64,000 nucleotides of DNA, from assembly GCA_963664875.1 (NCBI GenBank), contig OY761611.1, forward strand, positions 1,472,001 through 1,536,000, given 5' to 3'. A program made the translations under genes and the position numbers. Position 1 is the stretch's first letter. Every line of letters begins with the position of its first letter. The notes under the pieces are model-generated. The model was not told the origin of the DNA. It worked only from the letters and a program-made list of their open reading frames with translations, and made no database searches. This DNA is from Candidatus Kapaibacterium sp. (GTDB taxonomy: Bacteria > Bacteroidota > Ignavibacteria > Kapaibacteriales > UBA2268). Shown piece by piece: positions 1 through 9,826 of the stretch.

Positions 1-180
1 GACACTTGAAGGTCCGCCGGAAAGAATAATACCTTTTGGCTGCATCTCAAGCAATTCATCCTTAGCAATATTAAAAGGATAAATCTCCGCATAAACGCCT
101 GTTTCGCGCACTTTGCGTGCAATAAGCTGAGTATATTGCGAGCCAAAGTCCAGAATAATAATCTTTTCTTTTACTGTCAT
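1..180 (-). CDS. guaA: GMP synthase (glutamine-hydrolysing), 5' part, runs off the window start
   Basis: Not in the ORF track. Manual translation from ATG at 180 gives [36 protein letters not shown]...[11 protein letters not shown], which carries the GuaA DFGSQY and ILSGGP motifs. Confidence 0.95.
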   Translation of the reverse strand, partial: MTVKEKIIILDFGSQYTQLIARKVRETGVYAEIYPFNIAKDELLEMQPKGIILSGGPSSV

Positions 181-340
181 ATCTATACCAAAATGAAAAG
201 GAATATAAGTAATATAGCAAAAATACTGATAAAAGTGCGGGGAGGCAAGGGATTTGTTTTTTTTGAGCTTTGGTAACAAAATAAGCCAAAAAGGATAAAA
301 GTATTTCGTATTTTATCAACAGTACTAAGGAGTAAATTAT

Positions 341-1924
341 ATGAAAGACTTAAATATTGATAAGTATATTAATAATCTGATTAAATTATCCAAAGAAGAA
401 AATTATTTGAATGCAGTTTTAAGTATTATTGTGGAAGATGTTAAAAAACCAGTCTATGATGCTGTAAATGAAAATGAAACTATTTATTTGTTAGGACTTT
501 GGATAAAATCTTTATCAATACAACAACAATCTACTTTAAATATTAATCAGATAATTGATAATATAAAGACAAATTTAGATAAAATACACATAGCCTATTT
601 TAGCAAATTTGATCCAAAAAATAAAATTCTTGATGATACAAGTCTTCTACAAGAATCTTTCTTTTATTTCGGCTCGGATGCTATGGATATTCAGTTTCTA
701 AATATCATCGTCTTAAAGTATAAAAACTACGACACATTTCTCCTTGATAACTTTGGTTTTAATACTGATGATATTAAAGAACTCTATATAGCAATACTTA
801 CTATTATAGATTTAAGAGCCAGAAAATTTGATTTGAAGCCTAGACAGAAAGATTTAACAAAAATATATGAAATTAACCCAAATAATTTCTTCTTCAAAAA
901 CAATCCAAGATTAATAGCTTTACTTGATTTATTATCTTTCGAGAAGATTGAGCCTAAAAATACGGACTTGAGATTTTTTGAAGATTATAATATTCTTTTT
1001 GACAAACCTATAGTGAAGAATCGTGGAATATATTTTGTTCCGTTTCCATTTTTGATCTCTAAAGTTATGAACGATAAAATTTTCGAGATACTCTGGAATT
1101 ATAATCGACAGTCATTTGAAAGAAACAAAGGAAGAGAATCAGAACAAGCTATTGAAGAAATGTTTGTCAAATACTTAAAAGATACTAAAGTAATATCAAA
1201 TATAGTAATCGAGGAATCTAAAAACAATCAATATTCTGAAATAGACATTGCTATTATTTTTAAAACCCAAGCACTTATTTGTCAAATAAAATCTAAAAAG
1301 ATGACAGCAAAGAGTCGTATTGGAGACATTGACAAATTCAAATCTGACTTTAAAAGAGCAGTATCTGATGCAGTAGAGCAAAATAAAAAATGTAAAATTG
1401 CAATTCTAAATCCAAAGTCTTACAGATTCAAACTGAATGATTCTGACGATGTCAACTTCAATAATATAGACAAAATCTATACAATGAGCATCACGACAGA
1501 AGGATATGGCCCCATTGCACTGCATACAGATTTTCAAACTGAACACGATCTACCTCATGTTTTGACTATATATGATCTAGACACAATTTTGAAGATGATT
1601 AAACATTCAAGCCAATTTTTTCAATATCTAGAATTTAGAAATAAACATAAAAATGCTAGAGCAGGCAGTGAACTTGATTATTTTGATTTATTTTTGAGAG
1701 AAGAAAATATTCCTAATGTTGATAGATTTAGATATCAAAGTGAGTTAAAATATGTTGAACATTTCCATTTAGCAGAAAGGCAACAATTTATTAACCATAA
1801 GATTAATTTATTTCTTCAAAATGCAAACAAAAATTCTCCTTGTATTTGTGGTAGTGGTTTAAAATACAAAAGATGTTGCTGTAAAGTTCTGGTACAAATT
1901 GAAAATACAGATAATACATTTTAA
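341..1924 (+). CDS. PD-(D/E)xK (NERD-like) nuclease-fold protein with C-terminal SEC-C zinc motif
   Basis: GRESE...EIDIAIIFKTQALICQIKSK fits an E..D..QxK nuclease pattern. The C-terminus NSPCICGSGLKYKRCC is a SEC-C motif. An AGGAG RBS precedes the start. Visibly lower GC than the flanking core genes. Confidence 0.7.
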   Translation: MKDLNIDKYINNLIKLSKEENYLNAVLSIIVEDVKKPVYDAVNENETIYLLGLWIKSLSIQQQSTLNINQIIDNIKTNLDKIHIAYFSKFDPKNKILDDTSLLQESFFYFGSDAMDIQFLNIIVLKYKNYDTFLLDNFGFNTDDIKELYIAILTIIDLRARKFDLKPRQKDLTKIYEINPNNFFFKNNPRLIALLDLLSFEKIEPKNTDLRFFEDYNILFDKPIVKNRGIYFVPFPFLISKVMNDKIFEILWNYNRQSFERNKGRESEQAIEEMFVKYLKDTKVISNIVIEESKNNQYSEIDIAIIFKTQALICQIKSKKMTAKSRIGDIDKFKSDFKRAVSDAVEQNKKCKIAILNPKSYRFKLNDSDDVNFNNIDKIYTMSITTEGYGPIALHTDFQTEHDLPHVLTIYDLDTILKMIKHSSQFFQYLEFRNKHKNARAGSELDYFDLFLREENIPNVDRFRYQSELKYVEHFHLAERQQFINHKINLFLQNANKNSPCICGSGLKYKRCCCKVLVQIENTDNTF

Positions 1925-2047
1925 ATAAATATCTTGCTACTTACAATTTCAATTTGTAAATGAACAAAACAAATTGTATTTTAAGTATTCAATACAACAG
2001 ATATAGTTTAATTTGTATATTTATAACTACATATAGGATACTTAAAT

Positions 2048-2578
2048 ATGAAATGGTACTTATTTCTATTTGTTTTAGTTTTTGTTGTTTCTTGTTCTAA
2101 TACAGAAGAAAAACAGCCTACACCAGAACCTCAACAAGAAGTAGTTAAAGAAGTTGAGAAGACATTTCCAACATGGGAAGCAGCTATATCTTCTTCGTTC
2201 TCTTCAAGCATAGTGAAAAGTTCTAATTTCGAGAATGGACTTCTGACTATAGAGCTTGGAGAATCTTCAGCGGTTGACGGTTATTACGATAGCGGTGATA
2301 AAGTAAATAAGTTCTTATCTATAGAACCTGTTCGTTTGTTTTACAAAATTCAAGATATGAACTCAATCAGCATGAATATTGATATTAAAGCAGGAAAATA
2401 CAACTTGAACATCACTAAAGCTGAACTAGAAAAATATTATGGCATCAGTATTGACGAAATGAGAGAATTTGGCGACAACGGTAATCTTATTACTGGCGAT
2501 AACTGGAGAAATCAATTTTCAAATATCTATGATGATAAAGATAATAGAGCAAAGTTTGTTAAACAATTTGTTAAATAG
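2048..2578 (+). CDS. Lipoprotein of unknown function
   Basis: MKWYLFLFVLVFVVSC lipobox followed by a Pro/Glu/Gln linker; AGGA RBS. Confidence 0.7.
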   Translation: MKWYLFLFVLVFVVSCSNTEEKQPTPEPQQEVVKEVEKTFPTWEAAISSSFSSSIVKSSNFENGLLTIELGESSAVDGYYDSGDKVNKFLSIEPVRLFYKIQDMNSISMNIDIKAGKYNLNITKAELEKYYGISIDEMREFGDNGNLITGDNWRNQFSNIYDDKDNRAKFVKQFVK

Positions 2579-2608
2579 TATTTCTCGACTATAGTGCGAT
2601 ACAAATCT

Positions 2609-2649
2609 AAAGTATGTAATTCAAACAACCCCGAATCACATACTTTTTT
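2609..2649 (+). terminator. Intrinsic terminator after the lipoprotein gene
   Basis: AAAGTATGTaATTC...GAATcACATACTTT stem followed by a T-run. Confidence 0.55.
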
Positions 2650-2728
2650 ATTTGTATTCAAAATCGACACTCTACTTATCTCCTTATATAACAAACACTT
2701 CCTATTTGTCTCGAATTCGGAAACCACT

Positions 2729-2758
2729 AAAAAAAGGTGCTCCTAATCAGAACACCTT
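2729..2758 (-). terminator. Intrinsic terminator
   Basis: Minus strand AAGGTGTTC-TGATTAG-GAGCACCTT followed by a T-run. Confidence 0.6.
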
Positions 2759-2761
2759 CTC

Positions 2762-2902
2762 TTAAATTTTCTCCCCCTGCAGCAGCCTGTGCATCATCAG
2801 ATTTTTCTCTTTCCATTTGGAGATTTTTGGTTTTTCTGATGTGGCTACTTTGTCCTTTCCGGTCATGCGGTTGCCGTATCTAAATTCAGGGTGATTCATC
2901 AT
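2762..2902 (-). CDS. Possible 46-aa ORF or gene remnant
   Basis: MMNHPEFRYGNRMTGKDKVATSEKPKISKWKEKNLMMHRLLQGEKI*; its stop lies just before the terminator at 2729-2758. No family recognised. Confidence 0.2.
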   Translation of the reverse strand: MMNHPEFRYGNRMTGKDKVATSEKPKISKWKEKNLMMHRLLQGEKI

Positions 2903-2961
2903 TGAGAAGAAGATTGCTAACTCCCCCTACCCTAACATTCCATATAAAAACCCAAACTCAC

Positions 2962-2989
2962 AAAAAAAAGGGGACTTAAATAAGCCCCC
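2962..2989 (-). terminator. Terminator of the rplU-rpmA operon
   Basis: Minus strand GGGGGCTTA-TT-TAAGTCCCC followed by 8 T. Confidence 0.75.
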
Positions 2990-3027
2990 AAATGCAAGTG
3001 GTCGTTATATAATAATATAACAATGTG

Positions 3028-3282
3028 TTAGTTAGGAATTACAGAAACACTTGTTCTGTCATTTTTTCCTTTTTCAAATTTTACTGTACCATCAACCAAA
3101 GAAAAGATAGTGTAATCTTTTCCGAGGCCAACATTACGACCCGGATGCCATTTAGTGCCACACTGGCGTACTAAAATATTACCGGCTTTGACTTCTTCAC
3201 CACCAAAACGTTTAATACCACGCATTTGCGCATTGGAATCTCTACCGTTTTTGGTCGAACCGCCACCCTTCTTATGAGCCAT
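3028..3282 (-). CDS. rpmA: 50S ribosomal protein L27
   Basis: [16 protein letters not shown]...[15 protein letters not shown]. Confidence 0.98.
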   Translation of the reverse strand: MAHKKGGGSTKNGRDSNAQMRGIKRFGGEEVKAGNILVRQCGTKWHPGRNVGLGKDYTIFSLVDGTVKFEKGKNDRTSVSVIPN

Positions 3283-3300
3283 TGTAAAACCTCTTAAGCT

Positions 3301-3609
3301 TTATAAACTAATATTTGTGATTTCAATTCTGGTATAATGCGGTTTAAAACCGTTCAATTTACGATAGCCTTTGCGGCGTTTTTTATGAAATACCAAAACT
3401 TTTGTGCCGCGACCGTGTGCTACGATCTTAGCCTGAACACTACCTTGAAGGTATGGTGTACCGATTTTAGCATCTGCGTTGTCGTAAGAAGCTAAAACTT
3501 TATCAAATTCTACAGTTTCACCAGGATTACCATCCAATTTTGGTACGTTCAAGAAGCCATTAGGCTTAACTTCAAATTGCTGTCCAGCGATTTCAACAAC
3601 TGCAAACAT
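3301..3609 (-). CDS. rplU: 50S ribosomal protein L21
   Basis: MFAVVEIAGQQFEV...KKRRKGYRKLNGF; canonical position upstream of rpmA. Confidence 0.97.
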   Translation of the reverse strand: MFAVVEIAGQQFEVKPNGFLNVPKLDGNPGETVEFDKVLASYDNADAKIGTPYLQGSVQAKIVAHGRGTKVLVFHKKRRKGYRKLNGFKPHYTRIEITNISL

Positions 3610-3713
3610 TTTCTGTACCTCTATATAACTTATTCTCTATTATGTTCAATAGGAATAAGCAATTTACATAAAATATGATATAAATACAAATAAAATATAT
3701 CACTTCTTTATAT

Positions 3714-4982
3714 CTATGCTGTCTTGGAATTTGTGCTTTGCTCCAACTTTGGTCTGCTGCCAAGCAGCACTGTATCAGCGTCGATTGTGCATTTGCTCAC
3801 TCCCTGCATGTCAGGCAACTCAAACATAATAGGGAGCATTATTTCTTCGACAACAGCCTTCAGAGCTCTTGCACCGGTTTTGCGTAGCTTAGCTTTTTTT
3901 ACTATTTCCGCTACTGCATCTTCGGTAAATTCCAATTCTACATTTTCGTAAGCAAATAATTTTTTATACTGTTTCAGTATTGCATTTTTCGGATCTTTAA
4001 GTATCGAAACCAATGCCTCATCCGAAAGGTCTTGAAGCGGTGCGAGCACCGGCAATCTACCTGCAAGCTCGGGTATAAAACCGAATTTGATAATGTCGTG
4101 CGGCTCTACGTATCTAAGCAAATCGTAGCTTTCTTCGAGCACTTCGTCGCTTTCGTGAGTAAATCCGATAGATGCAACGCGCTTTCTTTGGGCTATGATT
4201 TTTTCCAACCCTTCGAAGGCACCTCCACAGATAAACAAAATATTTCGTGTATCGATGTAAATCAAAGGCTGTTCGGGGTGTTTTCTTCCACCTTTTGGCG
4301 GCACACCAGCCCGAGTGCCTTCGAGCATTTTTAGTAATGCCTGCTGTACACCTTCGCCCGAAACATCTCGAGTAATGCTCGTAGATTCACTTTTTCTGCC
4401 GAGCTTATCCATTTCGTCGATATAAATAATACCTCTTTGTGCAAGTTCGACATCGTAGTCAGCATTTTGAAGTAAAGAAAGCAAAACGTTTTCTACATCA
4501 TCGCCCACATATCCCGCTTCCGTGATAGTGGTAGCATCAGCGATAGCAAAAGGAACTTTCAGCACTCTGGCAAGAGTTCTTGCAAGCAAAGTCTTACCTG
4601 TGCCGGTAGGACCTAAAAGAAGTATATTACTTTTTTCGATTTCCACATCTTGAAATTCGCCTTTGATTTCTACTCCGCTTACCCTTTTATAATGGTTATA
4701 AACGGCAACAGAAAGCACCTGTTTGGCGTAATCCTGACCGATAACATAATTATCGAGCAACTTCTTCATCTCAGAAGGCTTTGGCAATGCAGACATTTCG
4801 GAGAGCCCAAGCTCTTCGCGTTTATTATGTTTAATAATTTCTACGGAACGCTGAATACATTCATCACAAATGAATACACCTTCGCCACCTTGGATTAGGC
4901 TGCCTGCCTGATAGGATTTTTTTCCGCAAAACGAACACTTCGGCACATCGTAAAATGCACCTTTATCTTTGCTTTTAGCCAT
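3714..4982 (-). CDS. clpX: ATP-dependent Clp protease ATP-binding subunit ClpX
   Basis: CSFCG/CDEC zinc finger, Walker [20 protein letters not shown] and the IGF loop. Confidence 0.98.
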   Translation of the reverse strand: MAKSKDKGAFYDVPKCSFCGKKSYQAGSLIQGGEGVFICDECIQRSVEIIKHNKREELGLSEMSALPKPSEMKKLLDNYVIGQDYAKQVLSVAVYNHYKRVSGVEIKGEFQDVEIEKSNILLLGPTGTGKTLLARTLARVLKVPFAIADATTITEAGYVGDDVENVLLSLLQNADYDVELAQRGIIYIDEMDKLGRKSESTSITRDVSGEGVQQALLKMLEGTRAGVPPKGGRKHPEQPLIYIDTRNILFICGGAFEGLEKIIAQRKRVASIGFTHESDEVLEESYDLLRYVEPHDIIKFGFIPELAGRLPVLAPLQDLSDEALVSILKDPKNAILKQYKKLFAYENVELEFTEDAVAEIVKKAKLRKTGARALKAVVEEIMLPIMFELPDMQGVSKCTIDADTVLLGSRPKLEQSTNSKTA

Positions 4983-5006
4983 TACAGTATCTGAATTTAT
5001 ATAACT

Positions 5007-5624
5007 TTATTTTTCTTCTTTATCTTCTTTAGTGTCAGGTACTCTTTCAAGCACTTTGTCTATCAAACCATATTCTACTGCTTCTTCTGCAGTCATATAG
5101 TTATCTCTGTCTGCATCTTTTTTGATAGTTTTTACATCTTTGCCTGAGTGCTTAGATATGATTCTATACAAATTATCGCGAGTGCGTAGCATTTCTTTTG
5201 TATATATTTCTATATCCGAAGCCTGACCTTGAGTGCCACCCATTGGCTGATGCATCATGATGCGGGCATTAGGAAGTGCAAATCTTTTACCTTCTGCACC
5301 TGCACATAGCAATACCTGAGCCATAGAAGCACCCATACCCATACAAATAGTAGATATATCAGGTTTTACAAACTGCATAGTATCATAAATCGCAAGACCG
5401 GCGGAAACGCTACCGCCAGGAGAGTTTATATATAAGCTAATATCTTTCTTAGGATCTTCGCTGGCAAGGAACAGCAACTGAGCTATAACCAAAGAAGCTA
5501 CATAATCATCAATCGGAGTACCGATAAAGATGATTCTTTCTTTGAGAAGTCTTGAGTATATGTCGTATGATCTTTCGCCACGGCTTGTTTGCTCAACAAC
5601 TATAGGAACGAGCTGATTGTACAT
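5007..5624 (-). CDS. clpP: ATP-dependent Clp protease proteolytic subunit
   Basis: [28 protein letters not shown]. Confidence 0.98.
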   Translation of the reverse strand: MYNQLVPIVVEQTSRGERSYDIYSRLLKERIIFIGTPIDDYVASLVIAQLLFLASEDPKKDISLYINSPGGSVSAGLAIYDTMQFVKPDISTICMGMGASMAQVLLCAGAEGKRFALPNARIMMHQPMGGTQGQASDIEIYTKEMLRTRDNLYRIISKHSGKDVKTIKKDADRDNYMTAEEAVEYGLIDKVLERVPDTKEDKEEK

Positions 5625-5811
5625 GATATTATTCCTGTTTTGTCCAAAATAAATTACTTTTCAGATAAAAAGTAACGAAGAAGTCTTGTAAGTAGTTTGA
5701 TTGCAAGTTAAATAATATGCACGAGCTATATGCAGTCATAAGCAACTTTTATTATTTCCGCCTTGCTAAAAGCACTTACGCAAACTTTACATATTACAAG
5801 GTCTCAAAGAT

Positions 5812-5854
5812 AAAAACAAGGCTGTAAACTTCCCAATAGAATTTTACAGCCTTG
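5812..5854 (-). terminator. Terminator after tig
   Basis: 12-bp inverted repeat CAAGGCTGTAAA/TTTACAGCCTTG with a minus-strand T-run. Confidence 0.7.
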
Positions 5855-5879
5855 ATATATTTTTATCGGAAGATTTTGC

Positions 5880-7250
5880 TTATTCTTCGTCTTTATTTTC
5901 TACTTCTTCGCCTTCTTCATTTACGTCGTCTAAGTAAGACATTTGATTTAGCATATCTTCTGTTTGCATCCTTTTTTCGTATTCTTCGAAAGGCACATCA
6001 TTTGTTTCAGCAAAATCCATCAAGAAGTCCATTACTTTTTTAACAAGTAAAGAGTTGTGAATATTTGCATTATTTAGTACCATTTCTTTTACAGTAGCTT
6101 TATCGCGTTTCAATCTTTCAGCTTCTGACTCTACAATATCTTCGATATCATGATCTTCGAGCTTAATCATTTCTTTTTCGATAATTCTGCCACGAATAAT
6201 TTCCCAGCGAACATTTCTTTCAGCAGCAGGTTGCAAATTGCCTCTCATGTTTTCTAAGGTAATCATGTTAGCTATCTCAGGTTGCTGAGCGTAGCGTTTT
6301 TTCATATCTTCTACCATAGATTTCATTACTTCTTCTACTACTGATTCAGGCACAGCGAACTCATCGTGCATATCAATCAATTGATCGATAATTTGGTTTT
6401 CCATTTCAGCACGTGAGCGTTTGTCCCACTGATCTTGTATATTGAATCCGATTTCTGATTTGAAATCATCAAATTTATCAAATTTTCCACGAGTATAGTC
6501 TTTAACCCATTCATCAGTCATTTCTACAGGAACTAATTTTTGGATATGAGACACTCTTGCTCTGAAATATTTTGCAGGGGCATTAGGATCATCTTCGCTT
6601 GGAGTAAAGACAAAAGTGTGATCTATTTTTGCACCTTCCAAATTTCTTTTGATAACAGGCAGCAAATTCGGATTAGCCATAAAGATATTTGCAGGCTGCT
6701 CAGTAGCACCTTCTACAGGTTCGTTATTATCTTTATCAACTTCGAGCATGCTCAAAGTAACACTAAATTTATCATCTGTTACTTCATCAGCTTCTTCGAA
6801 TTTGCCATGATTCAATGCAATATTTTCCAATTCTTTTTGAATTTCATCTTCTTCTACTGCATGAACAGGTTCGTCTATAGTAAGAGATTTGTAGTCTTTC
6901 AATTCGATTTCAGGAAGAGTCTCAAATTTAACAGTAAACTTAATAGCACCGTTTTCTTCCATTTCGATATTAGTCAAACCGGGTTGACCAACAACAACTA
7001 CTTCATCATCTTGAGTAAGCTTGGAAAACACTTCACCAATAATATCCTGATGTGCATCTGCTTCGATTTGAGGACCAAAATATTTTTTAATTACGCCAAG
7101 AGGAACACGTCCTTTTCTAAAACCTTTAATGTCTATTGTGGGACGAGCTTTATTATAAGCTTTTTCGTAATGTGGCTTTAACTCATCCGCTGTAAGAGTT
7201 ACAACAAGCTCACGCTCGCAACCTTCCAGTTGATTAAATACTTTTTCCAA
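5880..7250 (-). CDS. tig: Trigger factor (start reassigned to TTG at 7250)
   Basis: Ribosome-binding signature GFRKGRVP and tig-clpP-clpX synteny. The ORF-track N-terminal extension runs through the tRNA gene. Confidence 0.93.
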   Translation of the reverse strand: MEKVFNQLEGCERELVVTLTADELKPHYEKAYNKARPTIDIKGFRKGRVPLGVIKKYFGPQIEADAHQDIIGEVFSKLTQDDEVVVVGQPGLTNIEMEENGAIKFTVKFETLPEIELKDYKSLTIDEPVHAVEEDEIQKELENIALNHGKFEEADEVTDDKFSVTLSMLEVDKDNNEPVEGATEQPANIFMANPNLLPVIKRNLEGAKIDHTFVFTPSEDDPNAPAKYFRARVSHIQKLVPVEMTDEWVKDYTRGKFDKFDDFKSEIGFNIQDQWDKRSRAEMENQIIDQLIDMHDEFAVPESVVEEVMKSMVEDMKKRYAQQPEIANMITLENMRGNLQPAAERNVRWEIIRGRIIEKEMIKLEDHDIEDIVESEAERLKRDKATVKEMVLNNANIHNSLLVKKVMDFLMDFAETNDVPFEEYEKRMQTEDMLNQMSYLDDVNEEGEEVENKDEE

Positions 7251-7279
7251 AGCTTTACCTATTATTAAAATTTTGAGAA

Positions 7280-7364
7280 TGGTACGGACGGAGAGACTCG
7301 AACTCTCAAGGGTCGCCCCACTAGATCCTAAGTCTAGCGCGTCTGCCAATTTCGCCACGTCCGC
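7280..7364 (-). tRNA. tRNA-Leu (anticodon TAG), CCA encoded
   Basis: Minus strand GCGGACGTGGCGAAATTGGCAGACGCG-CTAGA-CTTAGGA-TCTAG, long variable arm, GAGAGTTCGAGTCTCTC-CGTCCGTACCA; 85 nt. Confidence 0.97.
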
Positions 7365-7377
7365 TTGTCAAGGAGTT

Positions 7378-7385
7378 CAAAAATA
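7378..7385 (-). promoter_or_regulatory. Bacteroidota-type -7 promoter element (TAnnTTTG) for tRNA-Leu-tig
   Basis: TATTTTTG 13 nt upstream of the tRNA 5' end. Confidence 0.5.
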
Positions 7386-7457
7386 CGAAGTTTTTTTTTA
7401 GATGCAAAACATTTTTTCTTATTTTATAAAAATTTTGAAAATATTTTTGAGATTTAT

Positions 7458-8765
7458 ATGCGTGTTGCAGTCGTAGGTGGCGGTATTTCAGGGATTTCCG
7501 CTGCTTTTAATGCCACTTTGAGGGGGCATCAGATTTTTCTTTTTGAAGCAAGTAATTCTCTTGGCGGCAAAGCAAAATCTATATTTGATTCTGTTTCAGG
7601 AGAATATATTGACAATGGACAACATGCACTGATGGGAGCCTACAGCAGCTTTTTAGTGATATGCAGAGCTCTTGGAACATCAAAATATATTTATGAGCCC
7701 CAAAAGCTATCTATTGCTTTTGCCTCGCCATATTCGTCACTAGATACTTTAGAGCAAAAGCTTTTTCCGGGCAAATATGGTACTCTGATTGGTCTGTTGT
7801 TTTTCAAAAAGTTAGATTATACCTCCAAAAAAGCAATTATCAAACTTTTTGCCAAGCTAATGTTTTCCTCCCCGGAAGTAAATATAAGCTGCTATGACTA
7901 TTTAAAATCCGAAAAACAAACCGATAATGCTGTCAAAGTCTTTTGGGAGCCTCTTGTATTGGCAGTTTTAAACTCACAAATCACGGATGCACCTGCTTCC
8001 CTACTTATAAATGTGATAAAAAAAGCTTTTTTAGGAAGTAGTTTCGAATCAAAATTACTACTCCCAAACACACATATTAGCAAACTATTTGAACCCTTAC
8101 CCCAATTTTTAGAAAATAATGGCGGTTGTCTCAAACTATCAGAATCAGTAAAATCTATTTCTAAGGACTCTAATTTCTTTCAAATATCTACAAATAAATC
8201 TAACTATGAATTTGATAAAGTAATAATCTCATTGCCGTTTCGCAGATTGCAGAATATATTATTAATAAAATCAACTTTATTAGACTCTATTGTTAATATT
8301 TCAAGCAAGATTGAGTATTCTCCTATCATTTCGATTTATTTGTGGTACGACAATTATGTCGAATTACCAGAGATGACAGCATTAATTGATACCAAGACTC
8401 AATGGCTCTTCAATAGAAATAAGTTTTTGCATGAGATGACTTCAAACTATCCCCTAAGCCTCACATGTACTATTTCTGCAGCAACAGAAATTGAACATTT
8501 GACAAATTCTGAAATTGCTTTGTTAGCTGACAAGGAATTGAAAGAATGCTTTTCTACGTTGAGAAACACGAATTTGCAATATTCAAAAGTAATAAGAGAG
8601 AGAAATGCAACTCCTCTATTCAACACAGAAAATTGCTCATTACGCCTCGAAAACAAAACAGATATAGATGGCCTTCTAATTTCAGGAGATTGGACAGACA
8701 CAGGGCTGCCTGCTACAATCGAAAGTGCAGCTCTGAGTGGCAAACTAGCAGCAGATTTGCTTTAG
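7458..8765 (+). CDS. hpnE: Hydroxysqualene dehydroxylase HpnE-like FAD-dependent oxidoreductase
   Basis: Start reassigned to MRVAVVGGGISG (Rossmann fold). Contains DNGQHALMGAY and GDWTDTGLPATIESAALSG. Confidence 0.8.
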   Translation: MRVAVVGGGISGISAAFNATLRGHQIFLFEASNSLGGKAKSIFDSVSGEYIDNGQHALMGAYSSFLVICRALGTSKYIYEPQKLSIAFASPYSSLDTLEQKLFPGKYGTLIGLLFFKKLDYTSKKAIIKLFAKLMFSSPEVNISCYDYLKSEKQTDNAVKVFWEPLVLAVLNSQITDAPASLLINVIKKAFLGSSFESKLLLPNTHISKLFEPLPQFLENNGGCLKLSESVKSISKDSNFFQISTNKSNYEFDKVIISLPFRRLQNILLIKSTLLDSIVNISSKIEYSPIISIYLWYDNYVELPEMTALIDTKTQWLFNRNKFLHEMTSNYPLSLTCTISAATEIEHLTNSEIALLADKELKECFSTLRNTNLQYSKVIRERNATPLFNTENCSLRLENKTDIDGLLISGDWTDTGLPATIESAALSGKLAADLL

Positions 8766-8767
8766 TC

Positions 8768-9826
8768 TCATCTACCAAGTTTTAATATCTCAACTGCGTT
8801 TTGGAAAACATACTCAGGAGTCAATTTATTCATGCAGTCAAAATGCTTTAGTGGACAGCTTTTACCACCATGAATAGCACAAGGTCTGCATTTTAAATCT
8901 GATATTGCAAGGCAGCGATCATTTTTACCTATAGGTGCAAAACCGAATTCCGGTACAGTTGGGCCATACAAAGTAATAGTAGGACAAGCAACAAGTCCAG
9001 CGAAATGAGTAGGGGCGCTATCGTTAGTTATTAAAAGTTTAGCTTTTGAAAGTAAATATATTGATTGTGGAATTGATGTCTTCCCACACAAATTCAAGGC
9101 ACCTGATTGTTTTGCTAATAAGTAGGCATCTTCTTCTTCAGCTTTTGAGCCAATCACAACTATTTGTTCGCCTTTTTCTTTCAACATTGAAGATAATTTA
9201 GCGAAATGTTCTATTTTCCATTTCTTAGTCGCCCAGACAGACCCCGGAGCTAAGACAACAAAACTTTGTTTTGAGTCGATATTATTTTCTTTAAGCAGAG
9301 AATCTACCAAATCAACATCTTTCTTAGCAAAATTAACATCAACACTATTATAGTCTATTTTGACACTATCAAAGGCGGCTAACAAAGAAATATTTCTTTC
9401 TATTTCATGTTCCTTTAGCTCGTAGTATATCTTGTTTGAATAGAGAAATGAAAATGCGTTCTTATCAAAACCAACCGAGTATTTTGCTCCTGTGAGTTTT
9501 GCCAGTAAGGTAGTTCTAAAAGAACGATGTGGTGCAATTACAAGATCAACATTTGCAGATTTTAGGTTTTGAGCAAGCAGTATGATACCCTTCATACCTT
9601 TGTGTTTAATGCGTTTGTCATATACAACAATGTTGTCAATTGCTGAAGCTAACGAAGCAGTTTCTGAAGAAACAGGTGTACAAACAACTGATATTTTTGC
9701 TTTTGGTGCATTGTTTCTTATTATTTGCAATAAGGGAAGAACAAGTACAAAATCTCCTAAAAAAGCTGTCTGTATTACTGCAATTGATTTAAAATTTTGA
9801 AGTGCTATTTTTTGCAAATTACTCAT
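8768..9826 (-). CDS. waaF: Glycosyltransferase family 9, LPS heptosyltransferase II-like
   Basis: QTAFLGDFVL, APGSVWATKKW, NDSAPTHFA, LYGPT. Confidence 0.8.
   Translation of the reverse strand: MSNLQKIALQNFKSIAVIQTAFLGDFVLVLPLLQIIRNNAPKAKISVVCTPVSSETASLASAIDNIVVYDKRIKHKGMKGIILLAQNLKSANVDLVIAPHRSFRTTLLAKLTGAKYSVGFDKNAFSFLYSNKIYYELKEHEIERNISLLAAFDSVKIDYNSVDVNFAKKDVDLVDSLLKENNIDSKQSFVVLAPGSVWATKKWKIEHFAKLSSMLKEKGEQIVVIGSKAEEEDAYLLAKQSGALNLCGKTSIPQSIYLLSKAKLLITNDSAPTHFAGLVACPTITLYGPTVPEFGFAPIGKNDRCLAISDLKCRPCAIHGGKSCPLKHFDCMNKLTPEYVFQNAVEILKLGR

Noticed and set aside
71-319. 82-aa minus-strand ORF
   Set aside because: It overlaps the true guaA frame (ATG at 180) out of frame and has no recognisable features.
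1-2960. Integrative element at guaA
   Set aside because: Known guaA islands insert at the 3' end, whereas this is the 5' side. No integrase or flanking direct repeat was seen.
7251-7358. 36-aa N-terminal extension of trigger factor in the ORF track
   Set aside because: It is mostly a translation of the tRNA-Leu gene; the in-frame TTG at 7250 gives a normal-length Tig.
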